Below are positions 36,186 through 49,841 of a stretch of DNA of 64,000 bases, piece by piece (positions within the stretch are counted from its first letter, which is position 1; every line of letters starts with the position of its first letter). The notes beneath the pieces were generated by a model that had not been told where the DNA came from, did not search any database, and worked only from the letters and a program-made list of their open reading frames with translations. The DNA is from Novosphingobium sp. (GTDB lineage: Bacteria; Pseudomonadota; Alphaproteobacteria; Sphingomonadales; Sphingomonadaceae). The DNA lies in NCBI GenBank assembly GCA_025356575.1, contig JANXSP010000095.1, positions 1,503 to 65,502 of the forward strand, read 5' to 3'. Position numbers and translations under genes: made by a program.

Positions 36186-37457
36186 ATGGCGACGCAGCTT
36201 CTCGATTTCGAACACGTCGCGGTCGAGGACGCTATCGCGCGGGATTTGCCGTTTCGCGCATGGCCCGTACCGCTTCGGCTTGCGGCCGCTGGCGAAGCGG
36301 CGCGCCGCGGCGGGGGCGAACTGCTCGCCCACAGCCTGCTCGGCGCGGCCATTTCGGCGTTGGCGGTGTTGATCGATGTTGCCAACGGCATCGGGACCGA
36401 AGGCCTGCGACTGCGCGGCCTGATCGTCATGCCCGCCTTTCTGCTCGCAGCAGCCCTGGCCCACATAATCCCCCCGCGCTGGCGGATGAGCGCCTACGCC
36501 CTGCCGATGGCGGCGTTCGCGGCATCGTCGGTTTTGCTCGGCAACTTTGCTGCTCCGACAATCGCCGAGGGCTATGTCAGCGGTGCCGCGCTCTCGGTCG
36601 GGGTGATCGCGCTGTTCCTGCCCCTGCGCACCCTGGATTTGCTATGCGCCGAAGCGATTAGCTGTGCCGCGATGCTGATCGCCTATTTGTCGCATCATCC
36701 GCTCAGCGAACTGCGCGCTCCCGGTTTGACGATTTTTATGGTGATCGCGTGTTTCGCGCTAAGTCCGCTGGCGGCGCGCATCAACCGGTTCAAGGACCGC
36801 AACTTCCTGCTCGCGCTACGCACCCGGCTGGCGCAGGAAGAACTGCTTGCGGCCAACGACGCCCTGCGGAAGATGTCGGAATGCGACGCGCTGACCGGGC
36901 TTGCCAATCGCCGCAGCTTTGAGCGGATCTTCGACGAATCGTTCAATGCATCGCTCGACGCCGGGCTTCCAGTGGCAGTGCTGATGATCGATATCGATCG
37001 TTTCAAGCGGTTCAACGACGATTACGGCCACCAGGCCGGTGACGAATGCATCCGCGCGGTGGCGCAGGTTATCGGGCGTGAGGCGGAGGCCGCGGGGAGT
37101 ATCGCGGCGCGCTATGGCGGCGAGGAGTTTATCGTTGTCGCACCATCGGCCGCTGGCGGTGCCGCGCTGCACTTGTCCGAACGAATCCGCGCGCGCGTGT
37201 CCGAATTGGCGATCGCGGTGAAGCACGATGAGGCCGCCACAGTCAGCGTCGGGGTCACCGTCAGCATCGGGATCGCGGTAGGCGCGCCGCGGACCGTCCG
37301 CCGCAAGGACCTGATCGAGCACGCCGACCAGGCGCTTTACGCGGCCAAGCACGCCGGCCGAAACCGGGTGGCGATGCATGCCCGTCCCGCCGCTGCAGAC
37401 CGCGTCGCCAAGACCCCGCGGCTGGGCGATCTACGCGGCGCTGGCGGAAACGCCTGA
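36186..37457 (+). CDS. membrane-anchored diguanylate cyclase (GGDEF domain)
   Basis: About six N-terminal TM helices. DALTGLANRR and RYGGEEF active-site motifs. Confidence 0.88.
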   Translation: MATQLLDFEHVAVEDAIARDLPFRAWPVPLRLAAAGEAARRGGGELLAHSLLGAAISALAVLIDVANGIGTEGLRLRGLIVMPAFLLAAALAHIIPPRWRMSAYALPMAAFAASSVLLGNFAAPTIAEGYVSGAALSVGVIALFLPLRTLDLLCAEAISCAAMLIAYLSHHPLSELRAPGLTIFMVIACFALSPLAARINRFKDRNFLLALRTRLAQEELLAANDALRKMSECDALTGLANRRSFERIFDESFNASLDAGLPVAVLMIDIDRFKRFNDDYGHQAGDECIRAVAQVIGREAEAAGSIAARYGGEEFIVVAPSAAGGAALHLSERIRARVSELAIAVKHDEAATVSVGVTVSIGIAVGAPRTVRRKDLIEHADQALYAAKHAGRNRVAMHARPAAADRVAKTPRLGDLRGAGGNA

Positions 37458-37476
37458 CGGCATATCCATGTGCCGG

Positions 37477-37887
37477 CTAGCCTGCGCTCCCGAACCGGAT
37501 CAGCCTGCTATCCTTAACCGCGGCGGTGCGGTGCACCACGACATCGTCTTTGTACGCAGGATCGGTGACCATCGCGAGGAATGCGGCGCTGTTCGGGTAG
37601 CCCATGACAAAGGCCTCGTCCCACTCGTCCGCGGGGCCGGTGACTGCGGTTTCGAGGTTGCCCTGCCAGATCATCTTCGCGCCGAGTTTTTCCGCTATCT
37701 TGCGAAAACCGCTGGCGTACCTGGCATAAGCCTCGCGTCCGCTGACGCCCTTGCCGTGGTCTGGATGCCCCACGGGATACTGTGCCTGATCGTGGAACTT
37801 GATCAAGTTGAGCATGTCGATCGGCGTATCGCGCGGGAGCGCCTTGAACGCTTCCCAGTTTTTGCGGTCGGGATCGATATGGGCCAT
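37477..37887 (-). CDS. DUF1330 domain protein
   Basis: MAHIDPDRKNWEAFKALP...GYPNSAAFLAMVTDPAY pattern. ATG at 37887 within track ORF 37477..37989. Confidence 0.7.
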   Translation of the reverse strand: MAHIDPDRKNWEAFKALPRDTPIDMLNLIKFHDQAQYPVGHPDHGKGVSGREAYARYASGFRKIAEKLGAKMIWQGNLETAVTGPADEWDEAFVMGYPNSAAFLAMVTDPAYKDDVVVHRTAAVKDSRLIRFGSAG

Positions 37888-37888
37888 C

Positions 37889-39517
37889 TCAGCTCTCCAG
37901 CTTATAATCCCGAAAGCGCTCGCGCAGATCTTTCTTGCTGATCTTGCCGGTGCCGGTGTGGGGTATTTCGTCCACGAACTCGATCGCATCGGGCAGCCAC
38001 CACTTGGCGACCTGACCGCCGAGATAGTCGCGGATTTCGGCGCCGGTGACCTCGGCGCCGTCCTTTTTGACCACGATCAGCATCGGGCGCTCGTCCCACC
38101 GCGGGTGGTAGATGCCGATGGCCGCAGCCTCGGCGACCGCGGGGTGTCCGACCGCGGCATTTTCAAGCTCGACCGAACTGATCCACTCGCCGCCCGACTT
38201 GATCACGTCCTTGGTCCGATCGGTCAGCTGCAGCGTGCCGTCGGGAAAGATCACCGCGACATCACCGGTATCGAACCAGTTGTCGGTGCCGACAGCATCC
38301 TCGGCGGCCTTGAAATAGCGTTTGATCACCCATGGCCCGCGCACCTGCAACGCGCCCGAGGTAACCCCGTCGCGCGGCAGCTCGCGCTCCGGATCGTCGA
38401 GATCGACACAGCGCAACTCGACCCCGAACGCTGGGCGGCCCTGCTTCTGGACCAGCTCGACCTGCGCCGCCGGTTCCATCTGATCCCAGTCCCATGGGTA
38501 CGCCCCGGTAGTTCCGATAGGCGAGGTTTCGGTCATCCCCCAGGCGTGTGCGACGCGGACGTCGTTGGCCATCAGCCGCTCGATCATGAATTTGGGCGCA
38601 GCCGATCCACCGATTATCGCGGTCTTGAGCGGGCCGACGTCGCGGACATCCTGGCCCACCGAATCGAGGTAATTGAACATTGCCAGCCACACCGTCGGCA
38701 CCCCGGCGGAATGGGTCACTCCTTCGCGCTTCATCAAGTCGCACAGCACCGCCGGATCGTTGACGGCGCTGTAGACGAATTTGATCCCGGGAATGGTTCC
38801 CGCCCACGGCAGTCCCCAGCTGGCGGCGTGGAACATCGGCACCACGGGCAGCATCACGCTGCGCGAATCGAGGTCGAAGAAATTGGGGGTAACCCCGGTC
38901 ATCGCGTGGAGCATCGTCGAACGGTGTTCGAACAATACGCCTTTGGGATGGCCGGTGGTGCCGCTGGTATAACACAGCATGCACGGATCGCGCTCGTCGC
39001 CGGTGTCCCAGGTGGTGTCGCCATCGTAAGCGCCGATCCAGTCCTCGAATGCTGGCGCGTGATCCGCCGAATCGAAGCAGATGTAATGCTCGATCGAGGT
39101 CCAGCGGCTCTTCATCCGATCGACCACGCCCTGCCACACGGCGTCGTAGAGGAGAACTTTGTCCTCAGCATGGTTGGCGATGTAATCGAGCTGATCGTCG
39201 AACAGGCGCGGATTGATCGTGTGGAGCACCCCGCCGCAGCCGACCGCGCCGTACCACGAAACCAGGTGCCGGCTGTGGTTCATCGCCAGCGTCGCAACGC
39301 GGTCACCCTTGCGCACCCCCGCGGCACGCAGGGCCTGCGTCATCTTGAGAGCGTCGCGGCGGATGCCCGCCCAGTCGGTCCGAGTCTCGCTGCCATCGGC
39401 CCAGCGCGTGACGATCTCACGGTGGCCGTATTCGCGCGCTGCATGATCGAGGAGGTGCGTGACGCGCAGATCCCAATCCTGCATCGACCCCAGATCGCTG
39501 TACCCCGGATTGTTCAA
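37889..39517 (-). CDS. long-chain fatty-acid--CoA ligase (AMP-dependent synthetase)
   Basis: [15 protein letters not shown]-binding motif, [15 protein letters not shown]. Confidence 0.88.
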   Translation of the reverse strand: MNNPGYSDLGSMQDWDLRVTHLLDHAAREYGHREIVTRWADGSETRTDWAGIRRDALKMTQALRAAGVRKGDRVATLAMNHSRHLVSWYGAVGCGGVLHTINPRLFDDQLDYIANHAEDKVLLYDAVWQGVVDRMKSRWTSIEHYICFDSADHAPAFEDWIGAYDGDTTWDTGDERDPCMLCYTSGTTGHPKGVLFEHRSTMLHAMTGVTPNFFDLDSRSVMLPVVPMFHAASWGLPWAGTIPGIKFVYSAVNDPAVLCDLMKREGVTHSAGVPTVWLAMFNYLDSVGQDVRDVGPLKTAIIGGSAAPKFMIERLMANDVRVAHAWGMTETSPIGTTGAYPWDWDQMEPAAQVELVQKQGRPAFGVELRCVDLDDPERELPRDGVTSGALQVRGPWVIKRYFKAAEDAVGTDNWFDTGDVAVIFPDGTLQLTDRTKDVIKSGGEWISSVELENAAVGHPAVAEAAAIGIYHPRWDERPMLIVVKKDGAEVTGAEIRDYLGGQVAKWWLPDAIEFVDEIPHTGTGKISKKDLRERFRDYKLES

Positions 39518-39544
39518 AACCGCCGTCTCCCGCCCCGCGCTATT

Positions 39545-43021
<3,477 letters not shown>

Positions 43022-43083
43022 TCACCGATGTTAGGACACGCGGCGCGATTCGTAAGGGGGTGCCGCGCGCTTATCCGCCAGCG

Positions 43084-43563
43084 TCACAGGAGTGCGGCGA
43101 TATCCTTGGCGATGTCATCGGGCTTGTCGGTCGGGGCGTAGCGCCGGACCACCTGGCCATCGCGTCCGATCAGGAACTTGGTGAAGTTCCATTTGATCGA
43201 GCGGCTGCCCATCAGCCCGGGCGCTTCCTTCTTAAGCCAGTCGTAAAGCGGCGGGGTGCCCGCGCCGTTGACCTCGATCTTGTCCATCAACGGAAACGAG
43301 ACGTCGTACTTGAGGCTGCAGAAACTGGCGATTTCCTCGGCGTTGCCGGGTTCCTGCGCGCCGAACTGGTTGCACGGGAATGCCAGGACCTCGAAACCTT
43401 GGGGTCCGTATTTGCGGTGCAGCGCCTCGAGCCCTTCGTACTGCGGGGTGAACCCGCATTTGGACGCGGTGTTAACGATCAGCACCACCTTGCCGAGCTT
43501 GTCGGCCAGGCTGGCTTCGCCGCCGCCGGGGAGCTTTGCGGTGAAATCGGCAATCGTGCTCAT
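43084..43563 (-). CDS. glutathione peroxidase
   Basis: NTASKCGFTPQY, FPCNQFG and WNFTKFL motifs. Confidence 0.9.
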   Translation of the reverse strand: MSTIADFTAKLPGGGEASLADKLGKVVLIVNTASKCGFTPQYEGLEALHRKYGPQGFEVLAFPCNQFGAQEPGNAEEIASFCSLKYDVSFPLMDKIEVNGAGTPPLYDWLKKEAPGLMGSRSIKWNFTKFLIGRDGQVVRRYAPTDKPDDIAKDIAALL

Positions 43564-43578
43564 GGTCGTTTCCTTTGG

Positions 43579-44265
43579 CTATTCGAGCCGGCCGTCGTGA
43601 AGCCGGAAGACGCGGTCCATGGCCAGCGCCAGGCGCTCGTTGTGGGTTGCAACGATCGCCGCACTGCCCTCACCGCGGACCAGCTTGACGAATTCGCCGA
43701 GCACCTTGTTGGCGGTGGCTTCATCGAGGTTGCCCGTCGGTTCGTCTGCCAGCACCAGCGCGGGCCGGTTGGCAAGCGCGCGGGCGACCGCCACGCGCTG
43801 CTGTTCGCCGCCCGAAAGCTGGCTTGGACGGTGGTCGAGCCGTTCTCCCAGCCCCAGCGCGCCGAGCAATTCGCGCGCGCGCTCGGCCGCTTGCTCGCGC
43901 GGCGCATTGGCCACTAGCTGTGGCAGGATCACGTTCTCGATCGCGCTGAAATCGGGGAGCAGATGATGGAACTGATAGACGAAGCCGATGTGATCGCGGC
44001 GCAGGCGCGTGCGCTCGTCGCCCGAAAGCGCGGCGGCATCGTTTCCGGCGATCGCGATGTGCCCGCCGAACCCGCCTTCGAGCAGCCCGATCGCCTGCAG
44101 CATCGTCGATTTGCCCGACCCCGAGGGGCCCAGCAGCGCGACGATCTCGCCCTGGCGCACAGTCAGGTCGACCCCGCGCAAGACCTCGATAGTCACGTCG
44201 CCCTGGCGGAACGAGCGCGTCAGTCCGGTAAGTTCGACGACCGCCGGGCTTGGCACGTCATTCAT
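43579..44265 (-). CDS. lolD: lipoprotein-releasing ABC transporter ATP-binding protein
   Basis: GPSGSGKST Walker [15 protein letters not shown] signature, [12 protein letters not shown] Walker B. Confidence 0.88.
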   Translation of the reverse strand: MNDVPSPAVVELTGLTRSFRQGDVTIEVLRGVDLTVRQGEIVALLGPSGSGKSTMLQAIGLLEGGFGGHIAIAGNDAAALSGDERTRLRRDHIGFVYQFHHLLPDFSAIENVILPQLVANAPREQAAERARELLGALGLGERLDHRPSQLSGGEQQRVAVARALANRPALVLADEPTGNLDEATANKVLGEFVKLVRGEGSAAIVATHNERLALAMDRVFRLHDGRLE

Positions 44266-45499
44266 AGCGCAGCACCTGTACGGGGTCGGTGCTCGCCGCC
44301 TTCATCGCCGGGTACAGCGTGGCGAGGAAACTGAATACCAGCGCCATGACGCTGATCGTCGCGACCTCGACCGGGTCGGTCCGGCTCGGCAATTCGGTGA
44401 GGAAGCGGATCGATGGATCCCACAGGTTCTGCCCCGTCAGCATCTCGACCCCGTGAACCACCGGCTGGCGGAAATACAGGAACACGAACCCCAGCCCCAG
44501 CCCCGCCAGCGTGCCCAGCGCGCCGATTACCGAGCCGATCGTGACGAACACCTTGAGCAGCGAGCGCCGCGTCGCGCCCATCGTCCGCAGGATCGCGATG
44601 TCGCGGGTCTTGGCACGGACCAGCATGATCAGCGACGAAAGGATGTTGAACACCGCGACCAGGACGATGATCGAGAGGACCACGAACATCGCCACGCGCT
44701 CGACCGCGAGCGCCTCGAACAGCGAGGAGTTGATCGTCTTCCAGTCGGTCACCACCGCTTGCCCGGCAAGCTTGCGCTGGAGCGGGCGCAGCGTTTCCGA
44801 AACCGTATCGGGATCGGTAGTCTTGACCTCGATCATCCCGATCGAATCGCCGGTCAGCATCAGCGTCTGCGCATCCTCGATCGGCATCACCACGAACCGC
44901 TCGTCGTAGTCATAAACCCCGATTTCGAAGATCGCCGCAACGCGGTAGGCGATCTGGCGCGGGACCGTGCCGAACGGCGTGGCGCGCCCCTGCGGGTTGA
45001 TGATCGTGATCGTGTCGCCGACCCGCGCACCCAGGTTCTCCGCCAGCCGCGCGCCGATCGCGACGTTGCCCGCGCCCGGCGTAAGGTCGCCGAGGTTGCC
45101 CATCTGGAGTTGCGGCTGGATCCTGCGGATGTCCTCAGCGGTGTTGCCCCGCGCCAGGATCGCGGCGACCCGGCCGTTGAAGCTGGTCAGCAGCGGCTGT
45201 TCAATCAGCGGCGAAGCGCGCGTCACCCCCGGGGTCGCGCGCACTTCCTGGAGAACCTCGCGCCAATTCTCCAGCCGGCCGCCATACGCCTGGATCACGG
45301 CGTGGCCGTTGAGCCCGACGATCTTGTCGAGCAGTTCGGCGCGGAACCCGTTCATCACGCTCATCACGATGACCAGCGCGGCCACCCCGAGCATGACCGC
45401 AGCCAGACTGATCCCGGCGACCAGCGCGATGAACGCCTCGCCGCGCCCCGGCAGCATATAGCGTTTGGCGATAGTCCATTCGAAGGGGGAAAGGATCAA
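44258..45499 (-). CDS. lipoprotein-releasing system permease LolC/E family
   Basis: [13 protein letters not shown]...GRGEAFI N-terminus typical of LolC/E, with a FtsX-like C-terminus. TTG 45499 is the likely start (track ORF extends to 45649). Confidence 0.85.
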   Translation of the reverse strand: MILSPFEWTIAKRYMLPGRGEAFIALVAGISLAAVMLGVAALVIVMSVMNGFRAELLDKIVGLNGHAVIQAYGGRLENWREVLQEVRATPGVTRASPLIEQPLLTSFNGRVAAILARGNTAEDIRRIQPQLQMGNLGDLTPGAGNVAIGARLAENLGARVGDTITIINPQGRATPFGTVPRQIAYRVAAIFEIGVYDYDERFVVMPIEDAQTLMLTGDSIGMIEVKTTDPDTVSETLRPLQRKLAGQAVVTDWKTINSSLFEALAVERVAMFVVLSIIVLVAVFNILSSLIMLVRAKTRDIAILRTMGATRRSLLKVFVTIGSVIGALGTLAGLGLGFVFLYFRQPVVHGVEMLTGQNLWDPSIRFLTELPSRTDPVEVATISVMALVFSFLATLYPAMKAASTDPVQVLRYE

Positions 45500-45737
45500 G
45501 CGGCGTGGCTCGTTTTCGGGGATGGACCGGCAGCCCGACCAAGGGCGGGGACGGCGAATAGGGAAGGCGCATGTACGAGGCGCGCGGGGCACTAGCAACG
45601 GGTTTCCCGGCCCGGGCCATCGTATAGCCGTGCGTATGCCCGGCCGCATCGTCTCCGCTCACCGCTGACAGCTTGCCTTCGCGCGGCTTTGCCGACAAAG
45701 CACGAGCGCCCACCCGCAGCATCGGTATCCGCGAATC

Positions 45738-47276
45738 ATGCCCCCCAGCGACTTGATCAGCGACCCGGCGCACCCCGTCGGCCCGGCCCATCGCACTACT
45801 CCGTTTCACGATGATGACGGGGACGTCCTGCATGAAGAGTGCGGGATTTTCGGCGTCATCGGTCATGCCGACGCTGCCGCGATGGTCGCATTGGGGCTCC
45901 ACGCGCTCCAGCATCGCGGGCAGGAGGCGGTCGGAATCACGAGCTTCGACGGTGCCGAGTTCTATTCGCGGCGCGGGCTCGGCCATGTCGCGGCCAACTT
46001 CTCTGCGGGCAGCGCGATTGCCGAACTGCCGGGCGAGATGGCCACGGGCCATGTCCGCTACTCGACCACCGGGGGCACCGGGCTGCGCAACGTCCAGCCG
46101 CTGTTCGCCGATCTTGCCTCGGGCGGGTTCGCGGTGGCGCACAACGGCAACATCTCCAATGCGATGCACCTCAAGCGCGATCTGGTGCGCAAGGGCGCGA
46201 TCTTTCAGTCGACGTCGGACACCGAAGTCCTCATCCATCTGGTCGCGACCAGCCGCTATCCGACCTTGCTCGACCGTTTCGTCGATGCGCTGCGGCTGGT
46301 CGAGGGCGCCTATTCGCTGATCTGCATGACCCCGCAGGGCATGATCGCCTGCCGGGATCCGCTTGGCATCCGCCCGCTCCAGATGGGCCGGATCGGTCCA
46401 AGGGATGGGGGCGCAGTGATCTTCGCCAGCGAGACCGTCGCGCTCGACGTGGTCGGCGCCGAGTTCGTCCGCGCGATCGAGCCCGGCGAACTGGTCGTGG
46501 TCGATCATGACGGCACAGTCTCCAGCCACCGCCCGTTCGGCGCCTGCGCCCCGCGTCCGTGCATCTTCGAACACGTCTATTTCAGCCGCCCGGATTCGGT
46601 GCTCGACGGGCGCTCGGTCTATGCGGTGCGCAAGGCGATCGGTGCCGAACTGGCGCGTGAGGCCCCGGCTCCGGTCGATCTGGTGATCCCGGTACCCGAC
46701 AGCGGAGTCCCCGCGGCGATCGGCTATGCGCAGGAATCGGGGATCCCGTTCGAACTCGGGATCATCCGCTCGCACTACGTCGGCCGCACCTTCATCCAGC
46801 CGTCGGACGGCGCGCGTAACGCCGACGTCAAGCGCAAGCACAACGCCAACCGCGCGCTCGTCGAGGGCAAGCGGATCGTCCTGATCGACGATTCGATCGT
46901 TCGCGGCACGACTTCGATGAAAATCGTCCAGATGATGCGCGATGCCGGCGCAGCCGAAGTCCACATGCGCGTCGCCAGCCCGCCGACCGAGCATTCGTGC
47001 TTCTACGGGGTCGATACCCCCGAACGCTCCAAGCTGCTCGCCGCGCAGATGGACATCGCCGCGATGGCCGATTTCATCCACGCCGACAGCCTCGCTTTCG
47101 TCAGCATCGACGGGCTCTACCGCGCGGTTGGCGAGGCCGGGCGCAACGCCAAATGTCCGCAGTTCTGCGATGCCTGCTTTACCGGCGATTATCCCACCCG
47201 CCTCACCGATCTCGGCGAACGCGAGACCCCGGCGCAGCTTTCGTTCCCCGTCGAAAGGGTCGAGCGGGTCGCATGA
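45738..47276 (+). CDS. purF: amidophosphoribosyltransferase
   Basis: Propeptide then CGIFGV Ntn cysteine. DSGVPAA and VLIDDSIVRGTT PRPP motif. C-terminal Fe-S cysteines. Confidence 0.93.
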   Translation: MPPSDLISDPAHPVGPAHRTTPFHDDDGDVLHEECGIFGVIGHADAAAMVALGLHALQHRGQEAVGITSFDGAEFYSRRGLGHVAANFSAGSAIAELPGEMATGHVRYSTTGGTGLRNVQPLFADLASGGFAVAHNGNISNAMHLKRDLVRKGAIFQSTSDTEVLIHLVATSRYPTLLDRFVDALRLVEGAYSLICMTPQGMIACRDPLGIRPLQMGRIGPRDGGAVIFASETVALDVVGAEFVRAIEPGELVVVDHDGTVSSHRPFGACAPRPCIFEHVYFSRPDSVLDGRSVYAVRKAIGAELAREAPAPVDLVIPVPDSGVPAAIGYAQESGIPFELGIIRSHYVGRTFIQPSDGARNADVKRKHNANRALVEGKRIVLIDDSIVRGTTSMKIVQMMRDAGAAEVHMRVASPPTEHSCFYGVDTPERSKLLAAQMDIAAMADFIHADSLAFVSIDGLYRAVGEAGRNAKCPQFCDACFTGDYPTRLTDLGERETPAQLSFPVERVERVA

Positions 47277-47986
47277 GCGGGCTTGCCGGACAGCTCGCGC
47301 TCGTCACCGGGGCGAGCCGCGGGATCGGCGCCGCCACCGCCGAAGCGCTTGCCGCAGCGGGCGCGCATGTCGTCCTCACCGGGCGCGATACCAAGGCGCT
47401 CGAGGCGGTCGAGGAACGGATTTTCGCGGCGGGCGGGAACGCCACGATCGCTCCGGTCGATCTGGCCGAGCCCGACGGGGTCGCCCGGCTGGCCAGCGCC
47501 ATTTCCGGGCGGTGGAGCGCGCTCGATATCCTTGTGATCGGCGCGGCGGTCCTGCCGCAGTTGTCGTCGGTGGCCGATATCGACGGTCAGGCGTTCAACC
47601 GCGCGCTTACGGTTAACGTCCTCGCGACCCAGGCGCTGATTGCCAATTTCGATGCGATGCTGCGCAAATCGGCGCGTGCGCGCGTGATCGGGCTGACCAG
47701 CAGCGTCGGCGCCGAACCGCGGCCGTACTGGGGGGCCTATGCCGCAACCAAGGCGGCCTTCGACAATATCATGGCCAGTTATGCGGCGGAAACCCGGGCG
47801 ATCTCCAACGTTCGCGTCGCCATCGTCGATCCCGGTGCAACCCGCACCGCGATGCGCGCGCGCGCCTATCCCGGCGAAGACCCGGCCAGCGTGAAGCCGC
47901 CCGAAGCCGTCGCGGCCGCGATCGTCCGCCTGATCGGCGAGGATTATCCCAGCGGGCACCGCACGCGCATTAACCAGCCCGGATAA
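47273..47986 (+). CDS. SDR family oxidoreductase
   Basis: LVTGASRGIG, YAATKAA (YxxxK). ATG overlaps the purF stop (ATGA). Confidence 0.8.
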   Translation: MSGLAGQLALVTGASRGIGAATAEALAAAGAHVVLTGRDTKALEAVEERIFAAGGNATIAPVDLAEPDGVARLASAISGRWSALDILVIGAAVLPQLSSVADIDGQAFNRALTVNVLATQALIANFDAMLRKSARARVIGLTSSVGAEPRPYWGAYAATKAAFDNIMASYAAETRAISNVRVAIVDPGATRTAMRARAYPGEDPASVKPPEAVAAAIVRLIGEDYPSGHRTRINQPG

Positions 47987-48009
47987 CGCGGCGGTAAACC
48001 CATCGCTCC

Positions 48010-48432
48010 ATGATCGAGCAAGCGTCCGGGCCGATCCGCACGCCAATCTCGAGACGGGAATTCACGATGAGCGATCTGATGACGGTTACATCGTCGGCCA
48101 ATCGTTACGAGATTGCCGCACAGGAAGATCGATCCGCCCCGCGCACCCGGCTGGCGATTCCCGCGTCGTTGCGTGCCTCCGGCACGCGCAGTTTCCAGAC
48201 CGTGGTCCACGATCTTTCGCTGAGCGGGTTTTCTGCCGCGTCGGTCAACCGGATGCATCCCGGGTCGCTGTGCTGGCTGACCCTGCCCGGCCTCGAGTCG
48301 CTCCAGGCCGAAGTGGTCTGGTGGCAAAACAGCTTGGTCGGCTGCGGCTTCTCCAACCTCCTCAGCCCGATCGTCCACGACAACGTCCTCAGTCGCTGGC
48401 GCGGCGACGGGGTCTTTCGCACTGTCGCCTGA
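48010..48432 (+). CDS. PilZ domain protein (candidate c-di-GMP receptor)
   Basis: PRTRLAIP (RxxxR-like) and DLSLSGF (DxSxxG) motifs. An alternative ATG lies at 48067. Confidence 0.65.
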   Translation: MIEQASGPIRTPISRREFTMSDLMTVTSSANRYEIAAQEDRSAPRTRLAIPASLRASGTRSFQTVVHDLSLSGFSAASVNRMHPGSLCWLTLPGLESLQAEVVWWQNSLVGCGFSNLLSPIVHDNVLSRWRGDGVFRTVA

Positions 48433-48454
48433 TCGCCGGCTGAGCCTGGATGGG

Positions 48455-49801
48455 TCAACCGCCCTTCACCAGCGTGACTTGCGAAACATCGATCCCGCCG
48501 CCGCCGAAACCGCCCTCGCAGTACATCAGGTAATAGCGCCATAGCCGGACGAACTTGTCGTCGAAGCCCGCGGGCAGGCGCCCTTCCTCGACCGCGGCGT
48601 CGAAGTTTGCGCGCCAAGCCTCGAGCGTGGCGGCATAGTGATTGCCGAAGCTGACCTCGTCGTGCCAGATCAGCCCGCGCGCTTCGGCCAGGGCGCGGAA
48701 TTCCGAGGTGCGGATCAGCATTCCGCCAGGGAAGACATAGGTCTGGATGAAGTCCGCACTGGCGGCGTAGGCATCGAACAGATCGTCGCGGATCGAGATA
48801 TACTGGATCACCGCCCGCCCGCCCGGCCGCAGCGCGCCCGCGACCACACCCAGGAACGAGGGCCAGTAGGCGCGGCCCAAGGCCTCGACCATCTCGATGC
48901 TGGCGATGGCGTCGTAGGTGCCCGAAACGTCGCGGTAGTCGAGTTTGCGGAACTGGAGGTTGGCGGACGTGTTCCGAGGCTTGCCTTCACGGGGCTGGCC
49001 CTCGAGGGGCTGGCTATCGCGGGGCTGGCCGCCCAGCTCTTGCCGGCGGCGGCAGTAGGCGAGTTGCTCATCCGACAGGCTGATCGCTTCGACCGATGCC
49101 GCGGTTCCCGCCAGCGCGGCTGCCAGCGCCCCCCACCCGCACCCGATCTCAAGCACGCGTGACGTGTGGTCGACTTTCATTCGGGCGATGACCGTGGAGA
49201 TTTTGGACAACTGCGCGAAATCGAGCGGCGACATGTGTTGCTGCCAGCGGCTGGGTGCGGGCTGGTCTTCGAACATCGCGCTCGAATAGACGCGCAGCTC
49301 GCCCAGCCAGGCTCCGTAGAAATCATTGCCGAGGTCGTAGTGCGCCGCGACGTTTCGCGCCGCGCCGCCGTGGGTGTTGCGGCGCAGCGCGTGGAGCGTG
49401 CGCATCGCCAGCCGCCATGGACCGCGCGCGCGCGCGGCCCCGCCCAGCGTGGCGGCGTTGGCCATGAACAGCGCGAACAGAGGGACCGGATCGGGACTGC
49501 TCCACTCGCCCGCTTCCCATGCCTGGTACCACCCGACCGATCCGCCCGTGGCAAGCCGGATCAGCGCGTTCCAGCTGTGCAGCGTCACGATCGCGGTGAA
49601 CCCCGGCGCCCGTCCGCCCAGCACGCGGATCGTTCCATCGGGCAATGTCGTCTCGATCCGGCCGCTCGCCAGCCCGCGGTCGATCCGGTCGAGCACGCGC
49701 TGAAACCCGCCCGCGGCGAGCCGCGCGAGCCAGTGCGGCCCGATCCCGATCCGGCCTGCCTGCAGCAGCTCGGCTCCCCTTACCGGCGATTGCGCGTTCA
49801 T
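48455..49801 (-). CDS. cfa: cyclopropane-fatty-acyl-phospholipid synthase family SAM-dependent methyltransferase with an internal pentapeptide-repeat insertion
   Basis: HYDLGNDFY, LEIGCGWG, SIEMVEA. ATG at 49801 within track ORF 48455..50014. Confidence 0.85.
   Translation of the reverse strand: MNAQSPVRGAELLQAGRIGIGPHWLARLAAGGFQRVLDRIDRGLASGRIETTLPDGTIRVLGGRAPGFTAIVTLHSWNALIRLATGGSVGWYQAWEAGEWSSPDPVPLFALFMANAATLGGAARARGPWRLAMRTLHALRRNTHGGAARNVAAHYDLGNDFYGAWLGELRVYSSAMFEDQPAPSRWQQHMSPLDFAQLSKISTVIARMKVDHTSRVLEIGCGWGALAAALAGTAASVEAISLSDEQLAYCRRRQELGGQPRDSQPLEGQPREGKPRNTSANLQFRKLDYRDVSGTYDAIASIEMVEALGRAYWPSFLGVVAGALRPGGRAVIQYISIRDDLFDAYAASADFIQTYVFPGGMLIRTSEFRALAEARGLIWHDEVSFGNHYAATLEAWRANFDAAVEEGRLPAGFDDKFVRLWRYYLMYCEGGFGGGGIDVSQVTLVKGG
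48971..49030. repeat. in-frame tandem repeat, 4 x 15 bp, inside cfa (encodes GQPRD-SQPLE-GQPRE-GKPRN)
   Basis: Plus-strand units GTTCCGAGGCTTGCC / TTCACGGGGCTGGCC / CTCGAGGGGCTGGCT / ATCGCGGGGCTGGCC. Confidence 0.8.
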
Positions 49802-49841
49802 CGCGTTCCTATGGCGCGCAGGAAGCTTGCCCGCAATCGCC

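Noticed and set aside
37458-37475. Short hairpin CGGCA-N8-TGCCG between the convergent GGDEF and DUF1330 genes, as a possible terminator.
   Set aside because: It has only a 5-bp stem and no U-tract, which is too weak to call.
45500-45737. Possible riboswitch or small gene in the 238-bp lolC/purF divergent spacer. I also looked in the spacers upstream of hemA (14056-14175) and of the DUF2853 gene (15397-15546).
   Set aside because: I could not recognise any known riboswitch core or a coding-like small ORF. I saw only generic GC hairpins, for example CGCGCGGG-ATTTG-CCCGCGCG at 15472-15492.
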